A stretch of DNA of 64,000 nt from Tubulanus polymorphus (Eukaryota; Animalia; Nemertea), in NCBI RefSeq assembly GCF_964204645.1, contig NC_134035.1, positions 4,898,001 through 4,962,000 of the forward strand, in the 5' to 3' direction. Below the pieces are notes generated by a model. It did no database searches. It was not told where the DNA came from and saw only the letters and a program-made list of their open reading frames with translations. Of the stretch, positions 12,035 to 24,574 are shown piece by piece (the stretch's first letter is position 1; each line of letters begins with the position of its first letter). The position numbers and the translations under genes were made by a program.

Positions 12035-12075
12035 TGTACTGGAAACAGAAGAGGAAAAAGAGTTGCCGAATAAAG

Positions 12076-12076
<1 letters not shown>

Positions 12077-12130
<54 letters not shown>
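12077..12130. repeat. (TG)n microsatellite
   Basis: Uninterrupted TG run. Confidence 0.95.
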
Positions 12131-12131
<1 letters not shown>

Positions 12132-15100
12132 TGTGTTGCTTTCTGTTGAGGAATTTACATAACTTTCACAATTACTTCGTTTGATGGATAGTTTCCCGTT
12201 GTTCGGTTGACGGTAACACCGGTCTCCGCTAAACCGTGCCTTCTAAATTAACCGTCTGTCACGCTACATAATGGCGGCAGCGTGACTGCACATGCAAATA
12301 TACGACACCTTACCCCACGCGTCAGAGCACGGCGCGGCGGTCGCGGTCCCCGCTTTTTCTTATATGCTACTTGCGCAAGCACGTGTTTGCTTTTAAGGCT
12401 TCAATGCGCCGGTGTTGTTTTTGCCAGATTTTACGGTCGAAAAGCGGTCGTAAAAACCGTCGAGCCGCGGGTGCCTTCAGAGTAGTTTCTCGCGAAGCGG
12501 AAAACCCCGCGCTATGAAATCGAAAAAATGACTAAGCGGCATCGAGTGGAGAAACGAGTCCCATGGGACGATGGCTTATTCTAAGCAGCTTGCAGCAGAG
12601 ATCAGTATAAACTGATAGATCGTCCGCTAGATAGGATCGAAATTAGGTGCGGTCGCTATTGATTTTCAGATTCAAATTTGAATAGATTTCGCCATCATTT
12701 CGAGCACGGGATTCGAAAAGGATGAGCAGAAGATCGACTAGCCGCATATAAAACCGCTGGACTCCGGTCGAATTAAACGCGAATAAATGTCAAATCAATT
12801 TCGCAACTGACGGAAAAACGAATAGTCGACACGTTTAGGTCATTTATTCCGACAATCGGTAAAATCGTAAATTCATTAGCTAAGCATCGCGAAACGCGGT
12901 TTGTTTGACCGTTATTTCGATTCGCTTGTGCACCAAGGGTGAGCTGTACGGTGTAAATGAGAGAGCGCGTCTAAATTGATGATATTCGACGAAACTCCTC
13001 CTCGCTAAAAAAAACCCGTTTTCAAGGCCGAGCTACGATAGAACACTACAAATGAATAGATTACGTGGCAGTGACCAAGCTTGTTTCACATCTTATATGT
13101 TAAACGGGTTAATTTACGAAAAGGCTTCATTTGGTTATGAATTAGACGCTTCGGACTTGAACCGAAGTATACCCAAGTATCTCCAATTCTTTATAACACT
13201 TCCATCGAAAAAGCCGATTAATTTCGAATGTAGAAATTGTAACTTGACTAGACTCGTACTTTCCTAACGTTGCGGAAACCCAAGCATTCGAAAAACCAAG
13301 TGATTTTGAAAACGGAAATTGTATAACTTGCCTTTTATAGCCATCCCGTGCACTCCTTACGTTGCGGGAAACCTAGCCTTCGAAATCCTATCAACTAAAT
13401 AATTACTAATTCCGATTTTGCAGGAAATAATGTAAGCTTTTTGTATTTATTATTGATAGAATTGGAGGCCCTACACGTCACGGCCGCTGCCAGGGAGAGA
13501 GGCCCTTGTGATAGACATTCCCAACATTTCAAAACGATAATTATATATAACCGTTAACATGGAAAATGTCGAATAAATGTAAACCTATGTTTATTAGGGG
13601 TTTTTTTTAATGAACTTTTTTAAAACACGCCAAAATACCCCATATATTATATATAAATATAGTCAATTATCAGAATATGAGGAATGTATACAATATAAAC
13701 CATAGAGTGAAATACAAGGTGTTGTCCCGAATGGATAGAATGGAATCAAAATTTGAGTGCTTATTTCTGGAACTTAACGTCAGAATAAAGAAAAGAAGCC
13801 GATGTGCACGGATCTGTTTTCAACAAGCTACTACCCAGTCATCAATCGTTTGTTTCAGATGAAATTAAGAGCCGGGGAAATTGAATCTTATTTGTGTACA
13901 CGATACATTGTGTTCTAGTGTTGTAATCAGTTACTACAAATAGCGGTTCGCATTTCTGTGTTGTAATTGATGGATGGTTGACTGATCGGCTGATTTCCGC
14001 TGCTCAGGCGCCGCGTTCTCACGTCGGTAGAAACCGCGCCTGCCGGAGGAGTCGAGGGCGCAGGGCTTCGCAGAAAATCTATTCTTGACTCACAAAAAAA
14101 ATAGTTTTAATTCCCATGGGAAATTCAAATTCAAACTCGCCGATTCATTGGTTCCAAGGTTTTGACCTCAACTTCTACATTTCCCAATGAATTCTATCCC
14201 CGAGTGAAGATTTGTATAAGAAATGCGAGCGCTGCACTTTTTTTTTAATTTATGAGTTTTTGTGAAAAAGTTCAAGGATCTTGAAACATCGTGTGATATC
14301 TCGCGAAACTAGAGATGCCCTCTTGACAGTATACCTGGTCACACAAGACGACTATTCCCTAAAGTGTATAGATTCGACAGTGCCACATCCGCGAATCACT
14401 GAATCACATGTTGAGAAAGTTGATAACACATTTACAATGGTGTTTATGTAGTTCAAGAAATTGATAGGTCGAAAATTGCTAGTTTGACATTTCCCGCAAT
14501 TTGACAGCGACCAAACGGCCATTACACGCGAGCGGTCGTGTTGGATTTGAGTGGTAAACGGTTAACGGTGTTTCCTGTCCAGTGCGTATCCTCGAGTCCT
14601 ATGTAAACCGAACTACCACTGGTTAATGGCCACAGCAGACGCTTCATCTTATCTGACCGTATATTGAATGTTCGTTTGTTGGCCCAAATACTATCAACGA
14701 CGCTTTCTCAAAACTTACAACGATATATGAAATATAATTTCATCATGAAGATTTAGATAGTTGCGAAATAAAAAAACTTTGCGTCTATAGCGTCTGAAGT
14801 ATACTCGATTATATACGTAGTGCATTTAATTATGATGATGATTAAGTCTTGGTAGAATAACCATTCTCAAACGTGGAGAACAGATGGTAAGATCAAAAAC
14901 CTATTATACACAGATTCAAAAGTTTTAATCTGGATACATAGTGGGTTTTTACCTTATTATGATTAAGTCTTTATTTCGTACAGAAAGTACAGACTAGGAG
15001 AGAAAATAGAAGAAAAAACAAACATATGAAACACCATATTTACATGGAAGACTACCTATTTACTATGTGAATGATTAAAGGACTTGGTTTCGAAAGGTGA

Positions 15101-17419
15101 AAATGGATTAAGTTAACATGAAACAGATACAATAGTAATTGATTAGGTGTTATTTTTGGTTTTTACCGATTTTCCGAAAATTCAAAACAAAAACCGTTTA
15201 AAATCGAAATCAATTTTCGTTCTCGTCTGCAAAGAAATGCTGATCGATTGTTCATCAACGCGTTCGACAAAATGGCGATTGTTTCACACGAGAATTGAAT
15301 CGAAAAACCTATGATAGAAAAATCAAAAAGTCGCGCGCACCGAGTTACATTGCCGATACGTTTTTGTTTGCTCCTTTTTTAAACTGACACAATTTCCAAG
15401 CATTTTTTTTCTATTTCTTAGAATTATACACCAATGGTGATAAGAGTAGAAAACTGAGTACGGAAAAGTTGAGGTGGAGTTACTATCGCTGCTTTATTGT
15501 CTGTTCTCTACATATCATTTTCAAGATTTCAACGCCTCTATTTTCTATCCTGCTTTAAACGATTGTTTCCCACGTCGAAACGAATACTTTTTAAGAATTC
15601 GTTTTTATTCCGATTTTCATTTCGCGTTCATCGCATTGCGCGTACTTGATAGTAATTAAGTATTTCGCTATCGATAACATGTCCTAATCTAGTGTTGATT
15701 GAAAGGGCTGTTAGCTAACTCTCCGCAGGTAGGTGGCTTGGAGGGATTTAATTTTATATCTAATCCATAGGTCACGTGTAAAATATTAAAAAAAGTGTTT
15801 TTGAAGTATTGAAGCTGTGCTGTGATCTGAAATTGATAGAGAGAATTTTTGGTTTTACTTCTGATATCCTCAGTAAGAAAATCAATTTGAACGTCGGTCA
15901 TTTCAAAGCTCTGATCCTGCGAATCAGTCATCGAAGTATCGGGTTAATCAGAGGGCCATTTTTCTAGAAATGTCTATTCGCCTTGAGAGCATTTTCGTTG
16001 CCTCTACACGGTTATAATTACCATAGCCGATATTAAATGTAGACTAATTTGCCGATAAATGATATGACGTGCCACATATCACAACGACTTGTAAGCCGAC
16101 CGGGTATTTTTGAAGCGAGTCGATTTGTGGTACTTTCTGCGATAACACGCCATTCATCGTTAATAATTGCATGATACGTGATATAAAAACGAAGATCCGA
16201 CGGTTTCGTGTGTCCGCTTTCTCGAATCTTCTGTATTTACCACGCCCTGTGATTTAGAGTAAAAATCAAAATCGCGTTTGTTCGATAAAGATCATCTTAA
16301 AATGTATTTACTTTTATACGGGGATATAATTTTTTTTAGGTGAAATGGTAAAATTGATGCATCGCGAATCATAACAAAGAGAGTATCAAAAAATAAAACA
16401 GCCGAAAAGTTCTGAACAACGTCGACAAGTTGAAATTCATCAGAAACTTACCTTTGATACCGAATTTTCGGTATCAAACTAAAACCATTTCGAAGGAGAA
16501 TAACAAGTATAAAACATGATATGACAAGTTTATATACGATGATCTGCTTCAAACAATAGCACACATAACATGTACTATTTGTACTTTTTACTTTTTAAGT
16601 TATTCCAAACATTTACAAGTTAAAATTAAGTTTTACATGAAAAACCATTTGCAAGGCGGACTGACAAGTATGATATAAAACATATGACAAGTCTATATGC
16701 GGTGGTGATCCTATACGCTTCAAACCACAGATAACTAGGTGGGATTAACAAACGGGAATCAATGAATTGCGACATAAATTTACTATCTGAAGAGAAGCCT
16801 ATGTTATCGTTTTGACACGAGAATTAGAGAAAAAAATGTTTTTAGATACTTCTATATTACTGGCAGTACGAGTACATTTTCTCAAGCTTCCCCTGAAAAG
16901 ATGATTTTTTCTCTAACCGTCACAGAATTGATTCGCTATTCTATTATCGATATATGTCATATTGATTCATGATAGCGGGAAATAACTTCACAACGACCCA
17001 CACAAACTAAACGGGTAAATAACAGACTAATTAGATTCGCGACGCCCGTATATTGAAGTCGGTTATTATTTTTTGTTAGTTAATCGATCGGTTCGATACC
17101 GGATACTAATTGAGTGATCGATTTTTCATTAGACATGAACCCGGTAAACCTCAGCAGATGAAAAAGAGAGATCGGGTGTTGCGCGACCTTAGGAATTCAT
17201 CGAAAGAACGATGACAAAACTCTTCGTCATTACGCACACATAACAGTGTTTTGTTATTATTTCAGTCATTAAGATTTGATTATCCAAGATTTTCTAACAT
17301 ATTCAATGAATGTATTCATACTATGCATTCGAAATAAATACATTCGAGATAGTGAGTCCCTATAATGATCAAGACTCTCTTTACTTTTTTAAAAACTTTG
17401 AAATGTTGCAACGGCTCAC

Positions 17420-17635
17420 AGGGGCGGATCCATGGATCAGACTTGGGGGATTCCAAGGTTAATGTTAATCAGCCGTGTAGCAACTGAAAAATAGAAGCCT
17501 CCTGATGCATTTAGCATTCACTGACATAGGAGTTACTACTGATTTGTTCAGAATGATTTGGAATAGCGGTGTTAAAAGAAAAAAAATCAGAGGGAGATTC
17601 CAGACGCCCTGGAATCCCCCTATACCCGCCCCTGA
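17420..17635. mobile_element. MITE, AGGGGCGGATCC-TIR family (related copies ~32484-32704, ~58692-58903)
   Basis: CAGGGGCGGATCC ... CCCGCCCCTG ends. Similar CAGGGGCGCGGATCCAGG / TGGATCCGCGCC termini occur at the other loci. Confidence 0.6.
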
Positions 17636-17867
17636 CTCGGTATATCTTAATACTTACACACTCTGATTTAGTCGGTAATCTGTGTGTGGTTTATTTTTGA
17701 CGATCGGATTATTTCACACCAAGCTCATGCGATTATATTGGATTTATTTGTTAGAAAAGCTTACATTAACGATTAGGTAACTAAGTAGTCGAATAAAACA
17801 CTCTAAACTGTAGATGAATTGGGAAGTCCCACAATAGATTTTCAATGATGAATTTTATCAAAACGAA

Positions 17868-17910
17868 ACCACAACGTTTCGGCTGTTGACTAACAGCCAT
17901 CATCAGGCGA
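17868..17910 (-). ncRNA. Minimal type I hammerhead ribozyme motif (Penelope-like element type)
   Basis: Minus strand reads UCGC-CUGAUGA-U-GGCUGUU-AGUC-AACAGCC-GAAA-C-GU-U-GUGG. It has both conserved core boxes, a perfect 7-bp stem II, a loopless stem III (AC/GU) and a 4-bp stem I with two G-U pairs. Confidence 0.7.
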
Positions 17911-18709
17911 AATGAGTCTGGCACCTGATGGCTGTTAGTCCATTTTATGTAAAGCGTTGGTACAAGTCTTCAAAGAGAATGACTCGATGTATTCATATAA
18001 ACATCATTATCAGTATCGTTATTACTATTATGTATTTCATTATCGTCGACGAAAATTCGAAAATGCATATTTTAGGAATTCGTGCCTTTCGTAAAATCTG
18101 AATCTGTACATTTTCATCAAAGCGTTACTGAAAATGATAAGCTTTGAAGAAGATACATTCATGCTATGCGTTGAGTAACGCGTCGCATTCCAAAACATTT
18201 CCGTGTTGACACGTAGCAGTCATAACAGATACCCCCTTATTACATAGAAAATAGAAACATAGAAAACCTGACTTCGACGACGTAGATGTAACCAGATATT
18301 CGGAGATTTCGGGATTATTAATATCTGATGAATCGAACAGAAGGAAAAATACTAATATCTAAATGACGGTGATTAAAAAGAGAGAGATTGGTCGTATTTC
18401 AAACGAAATAGTTAGCGAATATGTGATCGCATAATACGCATTCCAAGTGGTGATGTGTAAATGTAGCAAATATTTTCAATGACCGTTCGAGGTTTGGGTA
18501 TCTTATCGTAATGAAGGACACCACTACGTTAAGTATATTGTTGTTTACAGTTTGCGTCCAGTTTTCGTTTGACTGTAGTTTCGAAGCGTATTGAGAATGA
18601 TAAGTTCAGTGTTGAAATTGTTTTGAAATAATTTTTCGAATACTGAATAATTCCTGATTTGAGTTTAGCTTACTACATTTATTCATTCATGTACAGCATG
18701 TTTCTGTCT

Positions 18710-18889
18710 ATAAATGAAGAAATCCCACACTTCGAATTTGAAATTATACGATCAAATTTATTATTACGAAACCACAACGTTTGTGGTTTCGTAATAATAA
18801 ATTTGATCGTATAATTTCAAATTCGAAGTGTGGGATTTCTTCATTTATCTACAGTTTACACGGATTATAGTGTTTATTCGACAACTACT
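18710..18889. mobile_element. Penelope-like terminal-repeat-derived insertion with perfect 67-bp foldback and 12-bp TSD
   Basis: Arms 18711-18777 and 18781-18847 are exact reverse complements. ATGTTTCTGTCT is repeated at 18698-18709 and 18890-18901. The element is homologous to the flank of the hammerhead locus (17785-17879). Confidence 0.7.
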
Positions 18890-20172
18890 ATGTTTCTGTC
18901 TGTTTGCATTGTTCACGCGGGCGCATGGGCCCAGAGGTCCACGTCTCATAGATCAGCCTTAAGTTTCATCTGTGGTCGCCTTCAAGATTCCAATTATTCG
19001 TATATACATGTACTCAGGTTATTTCTGTGATACGTTGAAACAAGGGAAAATATATATACTAAGATACTAACGAAAAGAATAACAGAATTAGAACCCACTA
19101 TATACAAAACGAATGTAATTTCAGCGAGGATCTCCGATAAAATCACAGAAACCAAACTTAGTAAATAGATTCAGTTTTCATACACTCTCTTTCATAGGTT
19201 CACCCTTTAGAATGCATACGGCTTCTTGTTGAAAAGGGCACAAAATGTGCGTTGTTTTCATAAAAAAGGCGACACTCACACGTTGTTAAATGTACCGGTA
19301 CTAAGATGAATCAACGAACAGTTGCCCTTTCGGTTACAGCCCTCGCAAAAAATCCTGGCTACCGGCCGTATTTTACAAGACATCCGACCGAGGAGAAAAT
19401 AATCGTTGTTCATATGATCCGCGGAATCCGAAACGCGAAACGTGAGATCGAATGCAAGGAAAACTTATAGAATGATAAGATTTTTTACAAATTCATGTTA
19501 CATTATTGAATAGTGGATATTTTCTTGTTTTCAGTTTCGCTACAATTCCGCGAAATATTGAATAGCACCGCTGAGGATTGACGGTCAGGTAGTTCAAGTA
19601 TTCTTTTAAAGATCAGAATTCACAAGATTCAGCATCGCAGAATCACCAAAGTTCAACAGCCTAACTGAAATTCGGTTTCTCTTAGTTCGACTATAGTCGA
19701 CTATCTCACATAACCGAAGTTGGCCCTGACATTTATGTTCTAAAATGAATTGTCGCAAGTATTGTGTTACGATGGAAATTGCGAAGTAAATAAATTCATA
19801 AATATCGCGACGATATCGTAATTCAATATCGCGATCAAGTTCCTTTACAGAACCAAACAACAAAAGAAAACCACAAAATGCGAAAATATCCAAATAAAAT
19901 GAATTGTATTCGGTCGAAAATAATTGTAAATTTTTGCAAATTTTCATTGAAATTCTACCGCCAAAAAATACTGGAGAATCTACTACAGGTGGGATGACGA
20001 ATAGATTAAAAACACCCGTTTCGCAATTTAACTTCCACGGTGGCCAACATTAGGAACATTATTCTCAAATGATTTCGGAAAAAACGCCTTATCAACATTC
20101 GATGAAAACAATTGCGGTTAATTTTTTCGAACCATCCCACATATTTTTGTAAATGATGAAAGTCGAGCTTAC

Positions 20173-20317
20173 CTTAAACCGATGTCGTTGACTTTTTCAC
20201 TCTTGTTATTTTTTCTTTCTGCTGTATGGACGGACCTACAAAACAATTTTCCTCGCCAAAATGCTCGACCAGTTTTCTAACGTCTGCCGCAGCACAGCCT
20301 ACGCGCACCTGTTTATA
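20173..20317 (-). promoter_or_regulatory. Candidate TATA promoter and non-coding first exon of the neuropeptide gene
   Basis: TATAAA (-) at 20312-20317, an ATG-free ~115-nt stretch, then an AAG|GTAAGC donor at 20173. CRE-like TGACGTAA/GACGTCA sites lie upstream (~20466, ~20595). The coding exon has an acceptor at 10998-10999, so an upstream exon is required. Confidence 0.4.
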
Positions 20318-20729
20318 TCGTCTGTTGGTGAAGCGTTTTAACCGATGCTGCCGTAAATCGCGCGCTAAATGTCTCGGACCTGTTATCGGGCAATTTTCAC
20401 GTAAGCGTCGAACGGGTTGACGAGGCGTTGTAGACGCGGCGATGGTATAACGTTTACGTCGAAAATGACGTAATCTTCTTTTACCGGATCGGTGCTGGTT
20501 TGATAGATATCTATACGTAATAGCGTTAATCGTAGGTATCTAAATGACTGTTAAATGAACCAATTTAAACTATTTGCGACCTTGAAAACTTTAGACGTCA
20601 TGTCATGAAAACCGCGTTTCGGTATCTTGAAATTTGGTTTGAAAAACATGCAAGGATGAGTTTATAATCGGGGACTTTTTGCGAGTCGAAATTCAAAACG
20701 TTTGTTTCTGTTGGTACTTTCAATTCTAC

Positions 20730-21095
20730 AGGACCCAGTTTCACAGTTGTTAAGATTTGGCTCAGAGTTAACTTATAGAAAATGAACTAGTTTAAACTCA
20801 TCGTTAACTCAAACCCACAATAGTTGATCCAGTAGATTTTACTCAAAGTTAACTCATTGAAAACAAACTAATTTTAACTCATCGTTAACTCTATCTCACG
20901 ATGGTGGATCGAGTAGTTTCGAATCGGAGTTAACTCATCGAAAATGAACTAAACTGCGAGTTAACTCAAACTCACATCTATGGAACAGGGTCCAGTTCCA
21001 CAGTCATAAGTTAGATTTAACTCTGAGTTGAAATTAGTTCATTTTTAATGAGTCAACTATGAGTCCAATCTCACATCTATGGAACTGGATCCAGT
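20730..21095. mobile_element. Adjacent MITEs of an abundant GG(A)CCCAGTT(T/C)CACAG-TIR family (also ~8185-8297, 36912-37014, 37617-37765, 42450-42556, 56170-56282)
   Basis: Recurrent CCAGTTCCACAG ... CTGTGGAACTGG termini, with internal GAGTTAACTC palindromes. Confidence 0.7.
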
Positions 21096-24000
21096 ACAGT
21101 AGTGCGGCCGGGTTGCTGTATTTCCTTCGTACTTATGATATTTGCATTCGATTCGTGACTATTAAACAAATGATGACTTTACCCGCATCGTGTCATAAAC
21201 CCGAGCACTTATCTAGAATATAATTCTAATGTCTGTTTCCATGTTCACCGGAGCTTGCGACATGGCCCGATTTGCATACGACATTGTTTGTCGAATGTTG
21301 AATGTCGATGAATTTGCATCGACACGCCACACCGAACGAACGCGCCTAAGACGCAAAATCGGAATTCGATTTTCAACTATGACGATACTTATTCAATAAT
21401 GAATCGTATCGTGTAAGGAGTGATTTAGTTATGTGAACTTCCATCCCCCGACAACGATGAATAGTTGGTATTATATATCTCAAAATCGTTCACGTGATAT
21501 TCGCAAGATTTTACATTCATATCGAAATCGAGACTGGAGACCTGACTAACTGACTTGCCCTGAGCCCTGTTAACGCTATAACCATCGCATATTATGGTTA
21601 CGATGTTACATTTTCCGAAGAAAGTCAACGTTTGGACATCAGGACTTTATTCTACGGTTCGGGTGATACCTCGGTGATACCTCCAATCCAACAGGCTGTA
21701 CATTCCAATCCACGTCCCGAATAGAAAACGGGAGTTGGTCCTCCATTCCCTATAAGGAGCGTCAACAATTCTGCGATCGTGGCGGGAGACTGAGGGCAAG
21801 TGCAAGACGGTCAGAAGGCTTTCTGGTTTCCATCTACTTTTATGAAGTTTGACGACTTGTAGTAGTTAGAGTTCGAAACGTCGTGTCGTCCGTTTTTTAA
21901 TTCTTTGAATAATAAATCTCGCTTTCTTAAATTTCTAAATTCGCACACAGCGGGTTTTTTTAAATAGTATAATCGATTCTCCACGTTTGAGCGTGGTTAT
22001 TCTACTGATATTAATGAATTTACTAAAAGCTGCGCTGCGGTTCCAGCCATATAAAACTCAGTTCTTAACTATTTCATTGCGAAGCCGCTCGCTGCGAGTG
22101 TATATAATCAGTACGATAATTCTGATACAGGTTGGTTCTTGTTAACGCCATCAAGGCCGGTGTATAACCAGCAATGACGTCCGCGGAATTGATGGCACGT
22201 TACGCTTGGATTGGGCGCAATCATACGACAGATCAAGCATCCACTAAAACGGACAAAAAGAACGTTGGAATCCCATTTGTAGCACGTAATAGAAGCGAAC
22301 ACGCGTTTATTCACAGTCGAGATGGGGATGTATTTTATTTCGGACTCGGATGGATGGTGAGGTGCTCTCTATACAATTTTCTGGTCTCGTCAGGTGACAC
22401 GCTGTCACATTTCATAAAACGCTGACGATCAAATTCGAAAGATGACGTCAATCAGATGACCGTTGAGTCGTGGGATTTTCTTTTCGAAAAATTTTCTGAA
22501 TCGCAAATTCTTTAAACTCATGAACTTCATTTGGGAATTTTGATTTATTCAGTTATTAACCGAAGTTTTGTAAATTTTTCGAAATTTTGAAAGGGTTTAT
22601 CTGGTTAGATCGTAGAAATGCATATGCATTTCTATGGTCAGAAAAATGCCCAAAGTAGGCAGAATATGCATACTTCAAATCTAAGCTATATTCATATATA
22701 CATTTTCGCTACCAACATTTCAAAGGCATCTTCTTGGAACCTCAGGTACAATACGCAACTCTGACTTTTGGGGGTATTCTATTTTCCACGTGCGTCGTTG
22801 AAATTCCCTTAAACGCCATGCATCATTACTACACAAACACTGGGACACTGCGCAAACACTGCAACTCAATCATACCTGTTATCCAACTTCGTTTTAGGTA
22901 CCGACGTATCAACAAATGTCCATCAATAAGTCATTAGTAACGCTTAGTTGATTCGTTGAAGAGTCCTTCTCGCCCGGAACAAAGTCACCACTCATAGCCC
23001 TAGAAAAAGTACCGTACGTGGGGCCTACGTACCACTCTAGATAAATAAATAGGATATAACCATCAAATTTACAGTTCGTTCACTCACGTGTTTATCTCAT
23101 AGGAATTATTGTAAGAGTAAGGAAACTAACTATGAAACGTTCAAACTGTGATGAAAGGATGTATGGCCGCCGTATGATGGACCAGGGGTGGACCTGGATA
23201 TTGGAAGGCCGAGGTCAAGAAGACAATGACAGGCGCGCATTTCCTGGATAAAGCAGTCATCTCAAAGGCCACTAGCGGGGGTCTTACCCGCGATATATCT
23301 TTCTTAAGAAACAGTTCCCATAAGAGATGCAAATTCCAGGAGGATGACGGTCAAATTGGCAGGTTTTATCTTGACGAAATGTTTCCTATTCAACATTTCG
23401 AATATCCCTAATAGTTATCTATCTACTAATACTAAGGTTACAACGAATATGAAATATATCATCAGAGTTTCAGTGAAATTTTTCGGTATAAGGAAGGTGC
23501 GCTGACCGCTGTGATGGTCATATAGATGGTCAACTCACCTACAAAAATTTCTAACAAAATCCTTCCACATTTGAAGACTGTATCGTAATAACGATAAGTT
23601 CAAAATGACCACAGCTATACAACCCCGGCTTGACCGGCCGCATTACAGATGTACTGAACCCGTTCAAAATTCTTAGAAAAACGCAATGAAACCGTGTCAC
23701 GTGTGCTTTCAGTGCCTACTTCTATTGATTTCGAATTTCAAAGAATCTCCTCAAAGCCCCAACAAGGATTGTGTTCTTCTTTTGTGCATTGATACAAACA
23801 CATGTGATATATCGAGAAGTAAAAATTTGCAATGTCTCACGATCAAATGACTAAAAACTAAATTTCAAGGAATTAAGTCATTCTTTGAAAATTGGTTTTA
23901 AAATCCATAATTCTGCGCATTTATCTTACGTATTTTGACGTTTTAAACCGTTTTCGGTTGTTCTATTGCGAGTTTGGCATATTCGAAATAGGATTAAAAT

Positions 24001-24400
24001 TAGTGACCCAAAAACAGACGTTGAAAAAGTCGCGCCAGTAAATCTGAGAGATTTCAAGTACGATGAAATCTTCGGACACGAAGAACAGGCATCGTGTTTT
24101 AACAAGAAAAGGTGATTTACATAATTGCCCACACAGCGGCGCGGTCTCGCGCTACTCGCTTGAAAAAAGTAAATGTACTCTCCGCGCCTTGTTAGACGTT
24201 TGACGATGTTTACACGTTTTAAAGAGAGACGGTTATTTACAAATTGTCGCGTCGACCCAAGAACAACTTCACCTCGTTATACAGATCGGTTTATATAGCC
24301 GGTGTTTTTCGCAATCGTCGTGTGTTACCATACGCGATTCTCGGAACTCGAATGAAACGAAAATTCCGAATATTCAAATAGAAATTCCAAAAAAAAACTT

Positions 24401-24574
24401 CAGTGGAACCTCGTTGCAGCAAACTTCACGGGGCCAGATATTATGCTCGTTATAACTGATAGTTCGTTATATCCAGTATGGAATTAATCAAATTTTCTTA
24501 CTTGGGATGAAATTCTATATTTGTTATATCCGATGAATCGTTGAATCCGAGTTCGTTGCAACGAGGTTCCACTG
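24401..24574. mobile_element. Tc1/mariner-type MITE (copies at 30822-30985 and ~40861-41048)
   Basis: TIRs CAGTGGAACCTCGTT / AACGAGGTTCCACTG followed by TA; internal sequence shared among copies. Confidence 0.8.

Noticed and set aside
22174-22425. 83-aa ORF with an upstream TATA and a GTGAGG donor
   Set aside because: No recognisable protein similarity and no in-phase downstream exon found.
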